This document shows positions 27,527 through 37,549 of a stretch of DNA of 64,000 nt, one piece after another. Made by a program: the position numbers and the translations under genes. Source of the DNA: Candidatus Bathyarchaeia archaeon (GTDB lineage: Archaea > Thermoproteota > Bathyarchaeia > 40CM-2-53-6). Every line of letters starts with the position of its first letter. The stretch's first letter is position 1. The stretch spans positions 27,626 to 91,625 of the forward strand of contig JBEKGM010000006.1 in NCBI GenBank assembly GCA_050012795.1. The letters run 5' to 3'. The notes under the pieces were generated by a model, which was given only the letters and a program-made list of their open reading frames with translations, had not been told where the DNA came from and searched no databases.

Positions 27527-29425
27527 GTTCACGAATGTGACTGTGTTGAAGATTACCGTTGAGCTGATCGCTGTGAATATGGGGTCAAGCAGCGCGCTTT
27601 TGACGACGCCCTTTTGCCAGGCTACTGATCCCCCTCCGAATACGAGTTTGACGGTGCCCAACCATATGTATGGTGCGTCATTGTACATTTGTAGCTGCGC
27701 TGCGGTACACACTTGTTTAATGTAATTTACGTCAGCGGTGGCTGTCCAAGCGTCAACGCATTTCTGAACTGTAGGGTTTCCGTAGATTGCCCAGTCATTT
27801 GCAGGAGTATTGTAGTTCGCGAACAATATCCAAGCGTCTGCCGGAGTAGCTGCCCCTGGCGCAAATGTTCCAGTTCCGAACCATGATAGTTGAGCGACCT
27901 GCTGAGCCACCGCAAGTCCAGCCTGGTAGGAGCTCGCACCAGCAATATACGGCAACGTGTATTGACTACCAGGGGTCACCTCAATGGTCACCGTAATTCC
28001 GATTTGACCCAAGTCTGCCTGAACTACTTGCGCAGCTGAAATACAGTACGTGCAGCCTGCAACAACTCTGAATTCGAGCGGCGCCATCGTTGCCACGTTC
28101 ACTCCGGACTCTTTCAGGTACTGCTGGGCCAGAGTCAAATTGTACTGGTAGGGCGGTAGGTTGCCGAGGTCATACCAATCCTTCTGCGCAGGATATTCAG
28201 GTCCTATCATTGGACCCAACTGGCCGAAGAACACTCTTTGCGAGATATCGGTTACGTTTACGGCGTGAACGATCGCTTGCCTGAAAGCGGTTATGTTGGT
28301 TGGGTACCGATGCGTATTCATGGCCATTCCAACAAACACCATCGAGGCGTCCGGCATGACGGAGTATGAATACTTGTCAGGATTCGCCAAGACCAGCGGC
28401 CAATTCTGTGATTGAATTGCCGATATCTGCGCCGCGCCCGTAGATAGATCAGTATATCTAGCTACGTCATCTGGTTTTACGTTGATGACAACGTTCTTGA
28501 CATGACCCGGGTCCAAATACGGGTTCGCTTGAATATCAGCGGGGGCCAGACTCTTTCCCCAGTAGTTTGGATTTTGTGTGAATCTAACGTATGACCCTTC
28601 CACGACCGTAGTTACGGTATAGGGGCCGGTGCCGGGCATGGGATGTTGGTTAAAGTTCGTGTTGTACCCAGCAGGTGTACCGAAACCACCGTTTTGCAGA
28701 ACGTACTGTGTGTCGAACAGTAGCCCGACATAGGCAACTAGGATGTGCGGCAACCAACGAAACGGTGCCTTCAGTTGGAACACTAGCTGGTTTGGGCCGG
28801 TAACGTATATCGGCCACGAACTATCGCTCATAATCTTCATCAGATCTGGTGTCGGGTTGATGAGACCACTCTGCGTCATCAACGCAAGCGTTGCTGGACC
28901 GAACGAGACGTTTGTGAAGTTGAATACGTTGTATGCATTCAGGAAGCTTGAGCTGTTTCCGGACAGATAGTAGAGTCCGTACATTTGACCCCAAACTTGG
29001 TATGCGTTGAACGGGTCACCATTCGAGAAGGTCACGTTCTGTCTAAGATTGAAAGTGTAGGTTGTTCCGTCTGGTGACACTGTCCAGCTACTCGCTAGCA
29101 CAGGAAGAATCTGAATATCGCCAGTCTGGTACAACAAGCTTCCGTTCAGGGTGACCAGCGGCTGGTATACTGTGTAGGCACACCAGTTTGGATAAGGTAT
29201 TTCTCCAAGTGAACTGAGCTGGTTCAGATCACCGCTCGGCCAGAACGCGTCATCTATTGTAAGAGTTTCAGGGGCGGCTGACGCCGAAGAAGATGTCATA
29301 GTACTACTAATGACCGAAGAGGGCTGGCTCGGTTGTGATACGAAATATAGCCCTACCCCGGCTACAACAATAATAATTAAAACCAAAAGTGCGGCAGTAG
29401 TCCTAGCTATCGCTTTAGTGTTCAT
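27521..29425 (-). CDS. ABC transporter substrate-binding protein, family 5 (Opp/Dpp/Nik type), paralogue 1
   Basis: N-terminal TM anchor plus a Ser-rich linker, then a family-5 SBP body. Closely similar to the ORFs at 37550 and 41492. Start moved to MNTKAIARTT (ATG 29425-29423), because a conserved TATA-containing motif lies inside the longer track ORF. Confidence 0.8.
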   Translation of the reverse strand: MNTKAIARTTAALLVLIIIVVAGVGLYFVSQPSQPSSVISSTMTSSSASAAPETLTIDDAFWPSGDLNQLSSLGEIPYPNWCAYTVYQPLVTLNGSLLYQTGDIQILPVLASSWTVSPDGTTYTFNLRQNVTFSNGDPFNAYQVWGQMYGLYYLSGNSSSFLNAYNVFNFTNVSFGPATLALMTQSGLINPTPDLMKIMSDSSWPIYVTGPNQLVFQLKAPFRWLPHILVAYVGLLFDTQYVLQNGGFGTPAGYNTNFNQHPMPGTGPYTVTTVVEGSYVRFTQNPNYWGKSLAPADIQANPYLDPGHVKNVVINVKPDDVARYTDLSTGAAQISAIQSQNWPLVLANPDKYSYSVMPDASMVFVGMAMNTHRYPTNITAFRQAIVHAVNVTDISQRVFFGQLGPMIGPEYPAQKDWYDLGNLPPYQYNLTLAQQYLKESGVNVATMAPLEFRVVAGCTYCISAAQVVQADLGQIGITVTIEVTPGSQYTLPYIAGASSYQAGLAVAQQVAQLSWFGTGTFAPGAATPADAWILFANYNTPANDWAIYGNPTVQKCVDAWTATADVNYIKQVCTAAQLQMYNDAPYIWLGTVKLVFGGGSVAWQKGVVKSALLDPIFTAISSTVIFNTVTFVNG

Positions 29426-29460
29426 ATAGATACAGGTCCACCTGGACGTGTGACGCGGAA

Positions 29461-29479
29461 AAAATATAAGCTTTCGCAC
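29461..29479 (-). promoter_or_regulatory. Putative BRE/TATA promoter of SBP1
   Basis: The minus strand reads GTGCGAAAGCTTATATTTT, with the TATA box about 38 nt upstream of the ATG. The motif is shared with the SBP2 and SBP3 upstream regions. Confidence 0.4.
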
Positions 29480-29758
29480 GGGTTAGTTGCGTTCACCACG
29501 TACTTTTGTCAAATTCCAAGGCGGTTGAACAAATTTGAAAGGAAGGGCCCCCGTATCGTCAGCAAATCTGCTCTAGTGACTTGAACTGAGCTGTTCTAAG
29601 AGGATTCACTCCACACTGTTTGGATACGTGAAAATCAGGAGTTATATGGCCCATCATCGACGTCGTGATGCTCACCAAGAGGTACCTATGAGTTTGCCCC
29701 TAACTCATGTTAGGCACGAAATTCTATTCTAGAAGCATCGCTCACAGGTAGCGACCTT

Positions 29759-31117
29759 CTACGACACGGCTTGCAGTGAATCTTGTGCCGCTTTCAGTGT
29801 CATGTCTATATCGTCCTCTGTGTGTGCGGTGGATACGAACATGTGTTGGTACTGTAGCGGGTGAACTAGGACCCCTCTCTTCAGCATCTCCCTATGATAA
29901 CGGGTGAATCGGGCCCCGTCGCATTCGAGAAACTCCCTGTAGTTTGTGATCTTCTTCAGCGAGGTGAAGTAGATTTGAACACCACACTGGGCCAGGCCTT
30001 GAACTATAGTTTGGGTTCCGCTCGCATCCGCGATCCGCTTAAGTCCATCCTGCAACTTCGTTCCGACTTTCCGAAGGTGCCTGTAGCAGGCTCCGTCGTT
30101 TGCCGTCAACTCCGTCAAGGTTGCGCATGCGGCAGCGCAGCAAAGTGGATTTCCATTGTACGTTCCCGCGTGCATGATGCTTCCTGGGCCGACTTCGTTG
30201 AAAATCTCCCTCCTTCCCGTTATCGCGGAAATTGGAAATCCTCCGCCTAGGGCCTTTCCGAAACAGGCCAAGTCGGCTTCTACGCCGAAATGTTCCTGGG
30301 CTCCTCCGGGAGCTAGTCTGAAACCGGTTATGACTTCATCAAAGATCAATAATACGCCATGCTTCGACGCGATCTCTCTAGCTGACTCGAGGTAGCCTTC
30401 GTTGGGGGGAGCAACCCCAATGTCCATTGAAACTGGTTCCATTATAATGGCAGCAAGTTCATGTTCGTGTAATCTAACGGTCTTCTCAAGTAGTTCTATA
30501 TTATTCCAGGGCAGGACTATCGTATTCTTTATCGTGTCATCAGGAATGCCTGGTCCAGCTCTCACCTTGTACGGAGACACTTCGGAGCCTAATGCGGACC
30601 GTGGAGAGCCAACGATGTTGAGTAGAACATAATCGTGAGCACCATGATAGTGGCCTTCGAATTTCACGATCTTGTCCTTACCAGTGTATCCCCTAGCGAT
30701 TCTTATTGCATGCATCGTAGCCTCGCCCCCCGTGCTAGAAAACCTGATCATTTCTGCGTTTGGAATAATCTCGTGAATCTTCTCTGCAAGTTTGATTTGA
30801 AGTTCATCAAGCATCGCGTACTGAACCCCCTTCTCCAATTGAGCCTTCACCGCCTCCAGAACGGAAGGGGGAGAATGCCCCAGGATCAGCGGACCAAAAC
30901 CGAGAAGATAATCCAAGTAGACATTATCATCTGCATCCCAGATTCTTGATCCTGCGCCCTTCTTGAAAGTCAACGGATATGGCTCGTATGTAGGGTAGCA
31001 TTGCGCATTCGAGCTCCCGCCACCGGGGATAAGTCGCTTAGCTCTAACAAAGGACTCCCAAGATCTGCGAGTGTTCAAACCTTCAACATACTCACGATAA
31101 TCATCGTTCGTGCTCAA
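29759..31117 (-). CDS. Class III PLP-dependent aminotransferase (HemL / glutamate-1-semialdehyde aminomutase-like)
   Basis: 452 aa with LIFDEVITGFRLAPGG and FGKALGGGFP (PLP-Lys context) typical of the HemL-like subgroup. Confidence 0.75.
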   Translation of the reverse strand: MSTNDDYREYVEGLNTRRSWESFVRAKRLIPGGGSSNAQCYPTYEPYPLTFKKGAGSRIWDADDNVYLDYLLGFGPLILGHSPPSVLEAVKAQLEKGVQYAMLDELQIKLAEKIHEIIPNAEMIRFSSTGGEATMHAIRIARGYTGKDKIVKFEGHYHGAHDYVLLNIVGSPRSALGSEVSPYKVRAGPGIPDDTIKNTIVLPWNNIELLEKTVRLHEHELAAIIMEPVSMDIGVAPPNEGYLESAREIASKHGVLLIFDEVITGFRLAPGGAQEHFGVEADLACFGKALGGGFPISAITGRREIFNEVGPGSIMHAGTYNGNPLCCAAACATLTELTANDGACYRHLRKVGTKLQDGLKRIADASGTQTIVQGLAQCGVQIYFTSLKKITNYREFLECDGARFTRYHREMLKRGVLVHPLQYQHMFVSTAHTEDDIDMTLKAAQDSLQAVS

Positions 31118-31266
31118 TTGACTTCAAGCAGAGGGGTTAACGCCCGCTTAAAAGCCTCATCAATTCTCGTGATTAAACCGGTTGACTGGGAAACTCACTT
31201 GGGAGTTACGATTAGCATAAACTCGAACACGATGATGGTCGTCAATCATCCAAAGAGTATTAAGAA

Positions 31267-32727
31267 ATGAAGGAATCTGCTACGACGTGTAACCAGATGA
31301 AATTAACCGGTAGCATTCTTTCTCACGATGAGATTGTTGAGCTTGATAGGGCGTCAATGAAGGTCCTCTCCGAGGTTGGAGTTCTTGTCGCCAGTGAAAG
31401 GGCCCTGAAACTATTGGATGCTGCTGGTGCCCAGATCGATTATGTTAAGGAGATTGCAAAGATCTCGGAAGACTTGGTGCGAAAGTCCATCTCTTCGGCA
31501 ACTTCGACACCTCTTGAGATGTTCGATAGGACAGGGACCTCCTCCATCCGACTCGAAGGAAAACACACGTACAATATAACAGGCTTCGACGCGATATACA
31601 CGCTTGACTCCGAAACGGGAGAGCGACGTCCCTCCACCAAACGTGATGATGAGGAGTTCGGTAGGATTGCTGACGCTTTACCTAACATTGCTGCCGTAGG
31701 CAATGAGGTGATTCCACAGGATGTGCCGGGAAGATCAGCGGAGCTTCATGCGGTTCAAGCCATACTCTGCAATACTTCAAAGCACTGCTTCTTCGCACCA
31801 TCGGAAGGTAAGGTTGCTCGGGCAGCTCTTGAGATGGTGAGGACTGCTTGCGGTAGAAGTGATCTTTCAACTAGAACGCCGGTTACTTTGCAGGCGTCAT
31901 CTACGGCTCCGCTTCGGTGGCAGAGGAAGGCGCTTGAGACCTTGATGGAGGCTGCCTCTGCAGGTGTCAATCTCAATCTGTTGCCTCAACCTATTGCTGG
32001 TTTGACTGCTCCTGTTACATTGGCTGGCGTATTGTTGTTGCAGACCGTAGAAACCTTAGTGGGTCTGGTTATTGCGCAGCTGGTTAGACCGGGGGTTCAT
32101 GTAATTTACGGATATTGCCCGACGACTCTCGACATGCACGAAGCAAATCCAGCTCTCACTGCTCCTGAGGGCGCGATTATGAGGATTGCGAGTGCGCAAG
32201 TGGCGAAGTATTATGGTCTGCCGTCTCTCTCATCAGATAACACAGACTCGCATGTCAACGATGAACAAACCGCTTGGGAGAAAGCCGCCATCTACCTGTC
32301 AATCTACTTGGCCGGAACAGACATCTCATTGGACATGGGAGTATTCTCAGGCGGATTAATCGCCAGTCGAGAACAACTCGTGATTGACAGCGAAATCCTA
32401 GGATATGTTGAACGAGTAGCTAGAGGTATGCAGATCAACGAGGGGACACTGGCGATTGATCTTGTCTCCAAGGTAGGACATGGCGGTAACTTCCTTAAAG
32501 AACCTCACACGCTGAAGCACTTCAAAGCCGAGCACTGGCTTCCTGAGATCTCCTCGCGCGCGGCGGTTGGAAGATGGTTGAAGAGGGGAGGCCATGATGT
32601 TGTGCAGTCAGCTAGAGAAAAGGCGAAGCGAATTCTCATTGAGCATCATCCGAATGAATTGCCCCGGGATACAATTGCTGAGTTGACACGGATACTCGAG
32701 CAATTTGAAGCGAGATCAGCACAGTGA
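31267..32727 (+). CDS. Trimethylamine methyltransferase (MttB) superfamily protein, pyrrolysine-free
   Basis: 486 aa uninterrupted ORF. MttB-type N-terminus (LSHDEIVELDRASMKVLSEVGVLV) and a C-terminal pattern typical of the family. No in-frame TAG. The start may be the internal MKLTGS (31297). Confidence 0.75.
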   Translation: MKESATTCNQMKLTGSILSHDEIVELDRASMKVLSEVGVLVASERALKLLDAAGAQIDYVKEIAKISEDLVRKSISSATSTPLEMFDRTGTSSIRLEGKHTYNITGFDAIYTLDSETGERRPSTKRDDEEFGRIADALPNIAAVGNEVIPQDVPGRSAELHAVQAILCNTSKHCFFAPSEGKVARAALEMVRTACGRSDLSTRTPVTLQASSTAPLRWQRKALETLMEAASAGVNLNLLPQPIAGLTAPVTLAGVLLLQTVETLVGLVIAQLVRPGVHVIYGYCPTTLDMHEANPALTAPEGAIMRIASAQVAKYYGLPSLSSDNTDSHVNDEQTAWEKAAIYLSIYLAGTDISLDMGVFSGGLIASREQLVIDSEILGYVERVARGMQINEGTLAIDLVSKVGHGGNFLKEPHTLKHFKAEHWLPEISSRAAVGRWLKRGGHDVVQSAREKAKRILIEHHPNELPRDTIAELTRILEQFEARSAQ

Positions 32728-32758
32728 TAATGATACGTAAGAGGCTCCAAATAGGAAG

Positions 32759-33415
32759 CTATGAACTCATCAGCTGCTTGAAAACGGCAACCGAATCGAC
32801 TGCGTTGTCGCTATAGCCATCTGCACCCATTTCCTTCGCTAGTTTGGGTGTGACGGCAGCTCCGCCAACAGCCACCTTTAGACCCCGCCGGATTCCATTC
32901 TTCTCTAACGCGTCAACTACGATCTTCTGTTCAGGGGCAGACGTGGTGAGTAGGGATGACATGGCGATTATGTGGGGCTTCTCTTCCTTAACTTTCTCTA
33001 GGAATCTTTCCGGAGGCACATCTACACCTAGGTCCTTAACGTCAAACCCCGCCGCTTCGAGCATGACGATGACGAGGTTCTTTCCCATGTCATGGATATC
33101 CCCACGAACTGTGCCAATCACCACAATCCCCGTTGCTTTCCGCTCTAACCTTTGCGCCGCCAGAAGCGGTCGAAAAACCTCAATACCTGCTTTCATTGCC
33201 TCTGCTGCCAAAACGAGTTCCATGACGAAGGCTTCGCCAGCTTCAAACTTGTCTCCTATTTCGCGTATGCCCTTGGAGAGCCCATTCTCAATCGCCTCGA
33301 CTGGATTGACTCCGAGTCGAACTGCCTCCTCGGCAGTTGCCCGCGCGCTATCGACGTCCAAGTTGACCACCGCGTTTCTTAGCTCTTCAATGATATTGGA
33401 GTTGGAGCTCACCAA
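32759..33415 (-). CDS. Corrinoid (cobalamin-binding) methyl-carrier protein
   Basis: 218 aa with a cap domain plus GDIHDMGKNLV...MSSLLTTS...VAVGGA. It lies 75 nt downstream of the OppF-like gene on the same strand. Confidence 0.85.
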   Translation of the reverse strand: MVSSNSNIIEELRNAVVNLDVDSARATAEEAVRLGVNPVEAIENGLSKGIREIGDKFEAGEAFVMELVLAAEAMKAGIEVFRPLLAAQRLERKATGIVVIGTVRGDIHDMGKNLVIVMLEAAGFDVKDLGVDVPPERFLEKVKEEKPHIIAMSSLLTTSAPEQKIVVDALEKNGIRRGLKVAVGGAAVTPKLAKEMGADGYSDNAVDSVAVFKQLMSS

Positions 33416-33490
33416 GAATACACTTCGCTCAGTCTTGCCTTCTTACGGATATCACTCTTGTGTCTAGTTGCAATCTCAGTCTTTGAATCT

Positions 33491-34486
33491 CTACGCAGTC
33501 TTCTCGACAAAGTGACATGCGACAAAGTGCCCTGGCGACAGCTCGGCGAGAGATGGATTATCTTTCGTGCACACTGATTCAGCAAATGGGCATCTGGGGT
33601 TGAATCTGCATCCGGGGGGTGGGTTGATGGCGCTGGGAACTTCCCCCTTAATTTCTGCCTGTAACAGGTTTCGCCGTTCGGGGTCAGGAATCGGAGCGGA
33701 TGTGATTAGCGCGATCGTGTATGGGTGTCTAGGCTTAGTGACGACTGTTCTTGTCGGGCCGTACTCAACCAGCGAGCCAGCATACATTACTGCCATGGTG
33801 TCTGACATGTACTGAGCGACGGCTATGTTGTGCGTGATGAGCATGTAAGAAAGTTCATACTGCTTTTGAAGTTCGAGGAGAAGTCTGAGGATTTGGGCTT
33901 GAACCGATGCATCGAGCGCGCTTGTAGGTTCATCGAGGATGACAAGTCTAGGTTGCGTTGAAATTGCTCTGGCTATTGCAACTCTCTGCTTCTGGCCTCC
34001 GCTTAATTGTCTTGGAGGGCGTGTGGAGAAATCTTCCGATAATCCAACAGCCAGTAGACTTCTCTTGACTGCATCACGTACTACGTCCTTGCTCCATCCC
34101 ATAAGGCCATGTAGAGGTTCCGCGATCGATTCACCAACCTTCATTCGTGGGTCTAGTGAAGATTCGGGGTCTTGGAAGACCATTTGCATGTTCCGGTAGA
34201 GTTCAGTTCTGGAAATGCTCCCTTTCGTTATCTCTTTTCCACCGAAGTAAATGCGTCCGCTAGTTGGTGGAGTCATGAGGGCTACTGTTCTCGCCAGAGT
34301 TGTTTTTCCGCACCCGGACTCCCCTACGACGGCTACTGTTTTCCCTTTGGGGATACTAATGCTGACCCCGTCAACGGCTCGGACGAATTTGTCTTGAGCG
34401 TGGGAGAAGGGGTTCAGTCCTCTCCGGATTGGAAAGTACTTCTTCAGGTCCTGCGTGCTCAAGACAGAGTCTATTTCACTGGCCAT
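33491..34486 (-). CDS. ABC transporter ATP-binding protein (OppF/DppF-like)
   Basis: Walker A GESGCGKTT, signature LSGGQKQR, Walker B LVILDEPTS and the Opp C-terminal extension with Cys motifs. Confidence 0.85.
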   Translation of the reverse strand: MASEIDSVLSTQDLKKYFPIRRGLNPFSHAQDKFVRAVDGVSISIPKGKTVAVVGESGCGKTTLARTVALMTPPTSGRIYFGGKEITKGSISRTELYRNMQMVFQDPESSLDPRMKVGESIAEPLHGLMGWSKDVVRDAVKRSLLAVGLSEDFSTRPPRQLSGGQKQRVAIARAISTQPRLVILDEPTSALDASVQAQILRLLLELQKQYELSYMLITHNIAVAQYMSDTMAVMYAGSLVEYGPTRTVVTKPRHPYTIALITSAPIPDPERRNLLQAEIKGEVPSAINPPPGCRFNPRCPFAESVCTKDNPSLAELSPGHFVACHFVEKTA

Positions 34487-35543
34487 ATAGGAAACACGAC
34501 ACCTTACGGTTCTGGTCTATAGCTAGCTCTGGCGGTCTCTTCGTTCCGCAAACTTGCATGACGCGCGGACATCTTGGAGCAAACTTGCATCCTACCGATC
34601 GAACGCCTAGATCTGGGAGTGTCCCTGCTATTGCATGAAGCTCGCTATCTTCCTTGAATCCGGATGGAATGCATGAAAGTAACCCGCTTGTATACGGGTG
34701 AAGTGGTTTAGAGAAGATGCCGTGCACATCAGCATCTTCAGCAATCTCACCCGCGTACATCACAATTACCCTGTCAGCGACCTGACTCGCCACTGCTAGG
34801 TCATGCGTTACGAGCAGAATACTCGTTCGCACTTTCCTGATGAGTTCTTTCATCAGTTTCAGGACTTGAGCTTGAGTGGTCACATCCAATGCGGTCGTCG
34901 GTTCATCCGCGATCAATAATGCGGGTTCTTGTGACAACGCCATTGCAATCATTACTCGTTGCGTCATTCCACCGGAAAGTTCGAAGGGATATCGATCTAG
35001 CACTTGTTCAGGGTCAGGGATTCTGACCAGCTTCAGGTACTCGATGACCTCGTTCCTCAACTCTGAAGGAATCTTCCTCCTCCAATTCAAGGCAGGGAAT
35101 TTCGAAGGTTTCGCTGATGAGTTCTTCGTGTATGCCTCCTGCATTACCGTACTGGATACCTTATGTCCCCTCTTTCTTGCTTCGCGGACCATAATTGCTT
35201 CCGCGATCTGTTCCTCAACTCTATAGACAGGGCTAAGGCTTGTTAATGGTTCTTGGAAGATCATGGCGACCTCGGTGCCCCTGTACTCTCTAATCTTGCC
35301 CCCGCTCAGTTTGAGAAGGTCTGTCCCTTTGTATTGAACTGACCCGGTCACTTTTGCAGTCTTCTTCGGGAGCAGTCCGATCACTGAAAGGCCTAGGGTG
35401 GATTTCCCGCAACCGGACTCGCCGACGACGGCTAGGAACTCGTCTTGTCTCAGTTCAATGCTGATATTGTCGACTGCGGTTATTCTTTTCGAATAGGTCT
35501 CGTAATCGACGGTTAAGTTTTCTATGCTGAGGAGTGATCCCAT
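34476..35543 (-). CDS. ABC transporter ATP-binding protein (OppD/DppD-like)
   Basis: Walker A GESGCGKST, LSGGMTQR and LLIADEPTT. It overlaps both neighbouring genes. Confidence 0.85.
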   Translation of the reverse strand: MGSLLSIENLTVDYETYSKRITAVDNISIELRQDEFLAVVGESGCGKSTLGLSVIGLLPKKTAKVTGSVQYKGTDLLKLSGGKIREYRGTEVAMIFQEPLTSLSPVYRVEEQIAEAIMVREARKRGHKVSSTVMQEAYTKNSSAKPSKFPALNWRRKIPSELRNEVIEYLKLVRIPDPEQVLDRYPFELSGGMTQRVMIAMALSQEPALLIADEPTTALDVTTQAQVLKLMKELIRKVRTSILLVTHDLAVASQVADRVIVMYAGEIAEDADVHGIFSKPLHPYTSGLLSCIPSGFKEDSELHAIAGTLPDLGVRSVGCKFAPRCPRVMQVCGTKRPPELAIDQNRKVSCFLYGQ

Positions 35544-36424
35544 TAAGTTGCCTCCTCGAGCGCGTCCCTAAGGCCGTCACCAAGTAGACTGAAGCCTATG
35601 ACTAGAAGTGCAATTACCATGCCTGGAATTACAGGCAACCAAGGGGCTATGATTAGATATTCCTGTGAGGTGCTGATCATTTCACCCAGGTCTGGGAACG
35701 GTGGCCTGACGGATAGGCCGAGGTAGCTTAGGCCAGCGTAAGTGAGAACGACTGTGGCAACGTCTAGAGTTGCGTACACTAGCAGCGTAATGGAGATGTT
35801 TGGTAGAACATGCTTTAGGATGATCGCACCTGTCCTCTGCCCTGCGAATTTTGCTGCCTCAATGTAGTTCTGGTGTGAGACCCGCAATGCCTCTCCTCGG
35901 GCTACGCGCGCATAAGGAGGCCACCAAATAACCATCAGAGCAATCATCATGTGAGTTAAACCAGGTCCTAGAGCCACCGCGATCACCATGGCGATGACTA
36001 GTGCGGGCAATGCGAAAATCACGTCAGTGAATCTCATTAGCAGTTCATCAAAGAGTCCGCCCTTGAAAGCAGCCACTGAGCCTATCAGGGCGCCGATAGA
36101 GATAGCGACTGCGACAACTGTGAAACTTGCCAAAAGCCCGTTAGGTATGCTCGCTAGAACTCTACTAAACACGTCCCGACCGAGAAAATCGACACCGAAC
36201 GGGTGGGCCATGGTTGGAGAACCTAGAGACGGGCCCACGTTTTGTTGAAGTGGATTATAGGGCGTAATCGTGATTTTCAGATAATTCGCTACCGTCACGG
36301 CGACGGCTAAGGAGACGTAAACAGCGACGATTACGATTCCGATTATCGACTCTTTGTTTCTGAATAGCACTGATGTGCTTCTGCGGAAACTGGAAGAGAC
36401 TGGTGTGGCTTTTTCCTTGTTCAA
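35543..36424 (-). CDS. ABC transporter permease (OppC/DppC-like)
   Basis: 293 aa, 6 TM segments and an EAA-like loop (YIEAAKFAGQRTGAIILKHVLPN). Confidence 0.85.
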   Translation of the reverse strand: MNKEKATPVSSSFRRSTSVLFRNKESIIGIVIVAVYVSLAVAVTVANYLKITITPYNPLQQNVGPSLGSPTMAHPFGVDFLGRDVFSRVLASIPNGLLASFTVVAVAISIGALIGSVAAFKGGLFDELLMRFTDVIFALPALVIAMVIAVALGPGLTHMMIALMVIWWPPYARVARGEALRVSHQNYIEAAKFAGQRTGAIILKHVLPNISITLLVYATLDVATVVLTYAGLSYLGLSVRPPFPDLGEMISTSQEYLIIAPWLPVIPGMVIALLVIGFSLLGDGLRDALEEAT

Positions 36425-36433
36425 GATTGAATG

Positions 36434-37456
36434 TCATCCCAGTCTAACTTGAGGATCAACTACTGCATACATGATGTCCGCTACTAAGTTGGCTACTACA
36501 ATCACCAATGCGAAGACTATGGTTGTACCAAGTATTCCAGGGTAGTCTTGTCCATTCAATGCCTGTACTACGTAACGGCCCATTCCTGGGTACGAGAACA
36601 CGTTCTCGACGAAAATAGTACCAGTGATCAGCCAGGTGACAACCAAAGACGAGAGGGAAACTACAGGGATGAGGGCATGCCTCAGGCCATGCTTGTAGAA
36701 TACGGTGTTCTCGTCCAGACCTTTGGCTCGCGCGGTTCGAATATAGTTCGCGTGCATGATATCCAACAGCGAGCTTCGCAGAACTCGGGTTACGATTCCG
36801 AACGTGACCAGGGTTAACGCTGCGCTGGGAAGGATCACGTGCTGCAGTGAGCTGGTGAAGTATGGAATGTTGCCTTCCAGCAAGCTATCCAGCATCGGGA
36901 GACCGGTTATCCAAGTTGGAGCGGTTAAGGAAGGATCGTATGCGCCTCCGCTCGGCAATAGACCTAAGGAGAAAGTGAAAACGATGAGGAGAACTAGCGC
37001 TATGAAGAAGGGTGGTGACGCATAACCAGTTAAGTAGACCGCTCGAATCGCATCATCAATTGGCGTGTGATTGTACCTAGCTGAAACCACGCCTAAGAGG
37101 ACGCCGAGTGCCAGGCTTGCTACGATAGCGAAGATGGCGATTTGCAGCGTGTACGGTAAAGTTTGCGCAATCACCGTTGAGACGGGTAGAAAATTCCTTG
37201 AGGGTGAGTACCCGAGATTTCCCTGAAACAGGTTAACCAGATAATAATAGTACTGAACGTACACGGGGTCGTTCAAATGATACTTCTTAATGTACGCTTG
37301 TGCCAGTTCGGGATGCATCCCCGCCGCCTTTCCGATCCAAGCGTAGATCGGATCACCGCCAAGACTGTGCGAAAGAACAAACGTAATCGTCATTACGCTT
37401 AGCAGTACAAAGATGCCAAAGAGTGCACGTCGGAGTATGTACTTTGCCAAATTCAT
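36434..37456 (-). CDS. ABC transporter permease (OppB/DppB-like)
   Basis: 340 aa with a typical N-terminus (YILRRALFGIFVLLSVMTITFVL) and EAA loop (YIRTARAKGLDENTVFYKHGLRHALIP). Confidence 0.85.
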   Translation of the reverse strand: MNLAKYILRRALFGIFVLLSVMTITFVLSHSLGGDPIYAWIGKAAGMHPELAQAYIKKYHLNDPVYVQYYYYLVNLFQGNLGYSPSRNFLPVSTVIAQTLPYTLQIAIFAIVASLALGVLLGVVSARYNHTPIDDAIRAVYLTGYASPPFFIALVLLIVFTFSLGLLPSGGAYDPSLTAPTWITGLPMLDSLLEGNIPYFTSSLQHVILPSAALTLVTFGIVTRVLRSSLLDIMHANYIRTARAKGLDENTVFYKHGLRHALIPVVSLSSLVVTWLITGTIFVENVFSYPGMGRYVVQALNGQDYPGILGTTIVFALVIVVANLVADIMYAVVDPQVRLG

Positions 37457-37490
37457 TTGTTTGGTCTGCTACCTCAACTTGACAGTTTTG

Positions 37491-37538
37491 TGTCGCATAA
37501 AACCGTTCGCTCCCCGTTCTAGGTTGGGGAGTGAACGG
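37491..37538 (-). terminator. Intercistronic 13-bp stem-loop plus T4 between SBP2 and the permease gene (attenuator / mRNA-stabilising element)
   Basis: CCGTTCGCTCCCC (37503-37515) pairs with GGGGAGTGAACGG (37526-37538) at 12/13 positions plus one wobble, with a 10-nt loop. On the minus strand it is followed by TTTTATG. Confidence 0.5.
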
Positions 37539-37549
37539 CGCGATCATTT

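Noticed and set aside
32844-33467. 207-aa ORF on the plus strand, plus many other 60-190-aa ORFs antisense to large genes (e.g. 870-1184, 5387-5815, 7758-8153, 23539-24048, 44633-45208, 51631-52080 and 54982-55374).
   Set aside because: Each lies entirely inside, and antisense or out of frame to, a longer ORF with clear family motifs. Their translations are low-complexity, Ser/Arg/Pro-rich and motif-free, which is typical of shadow ORFs.
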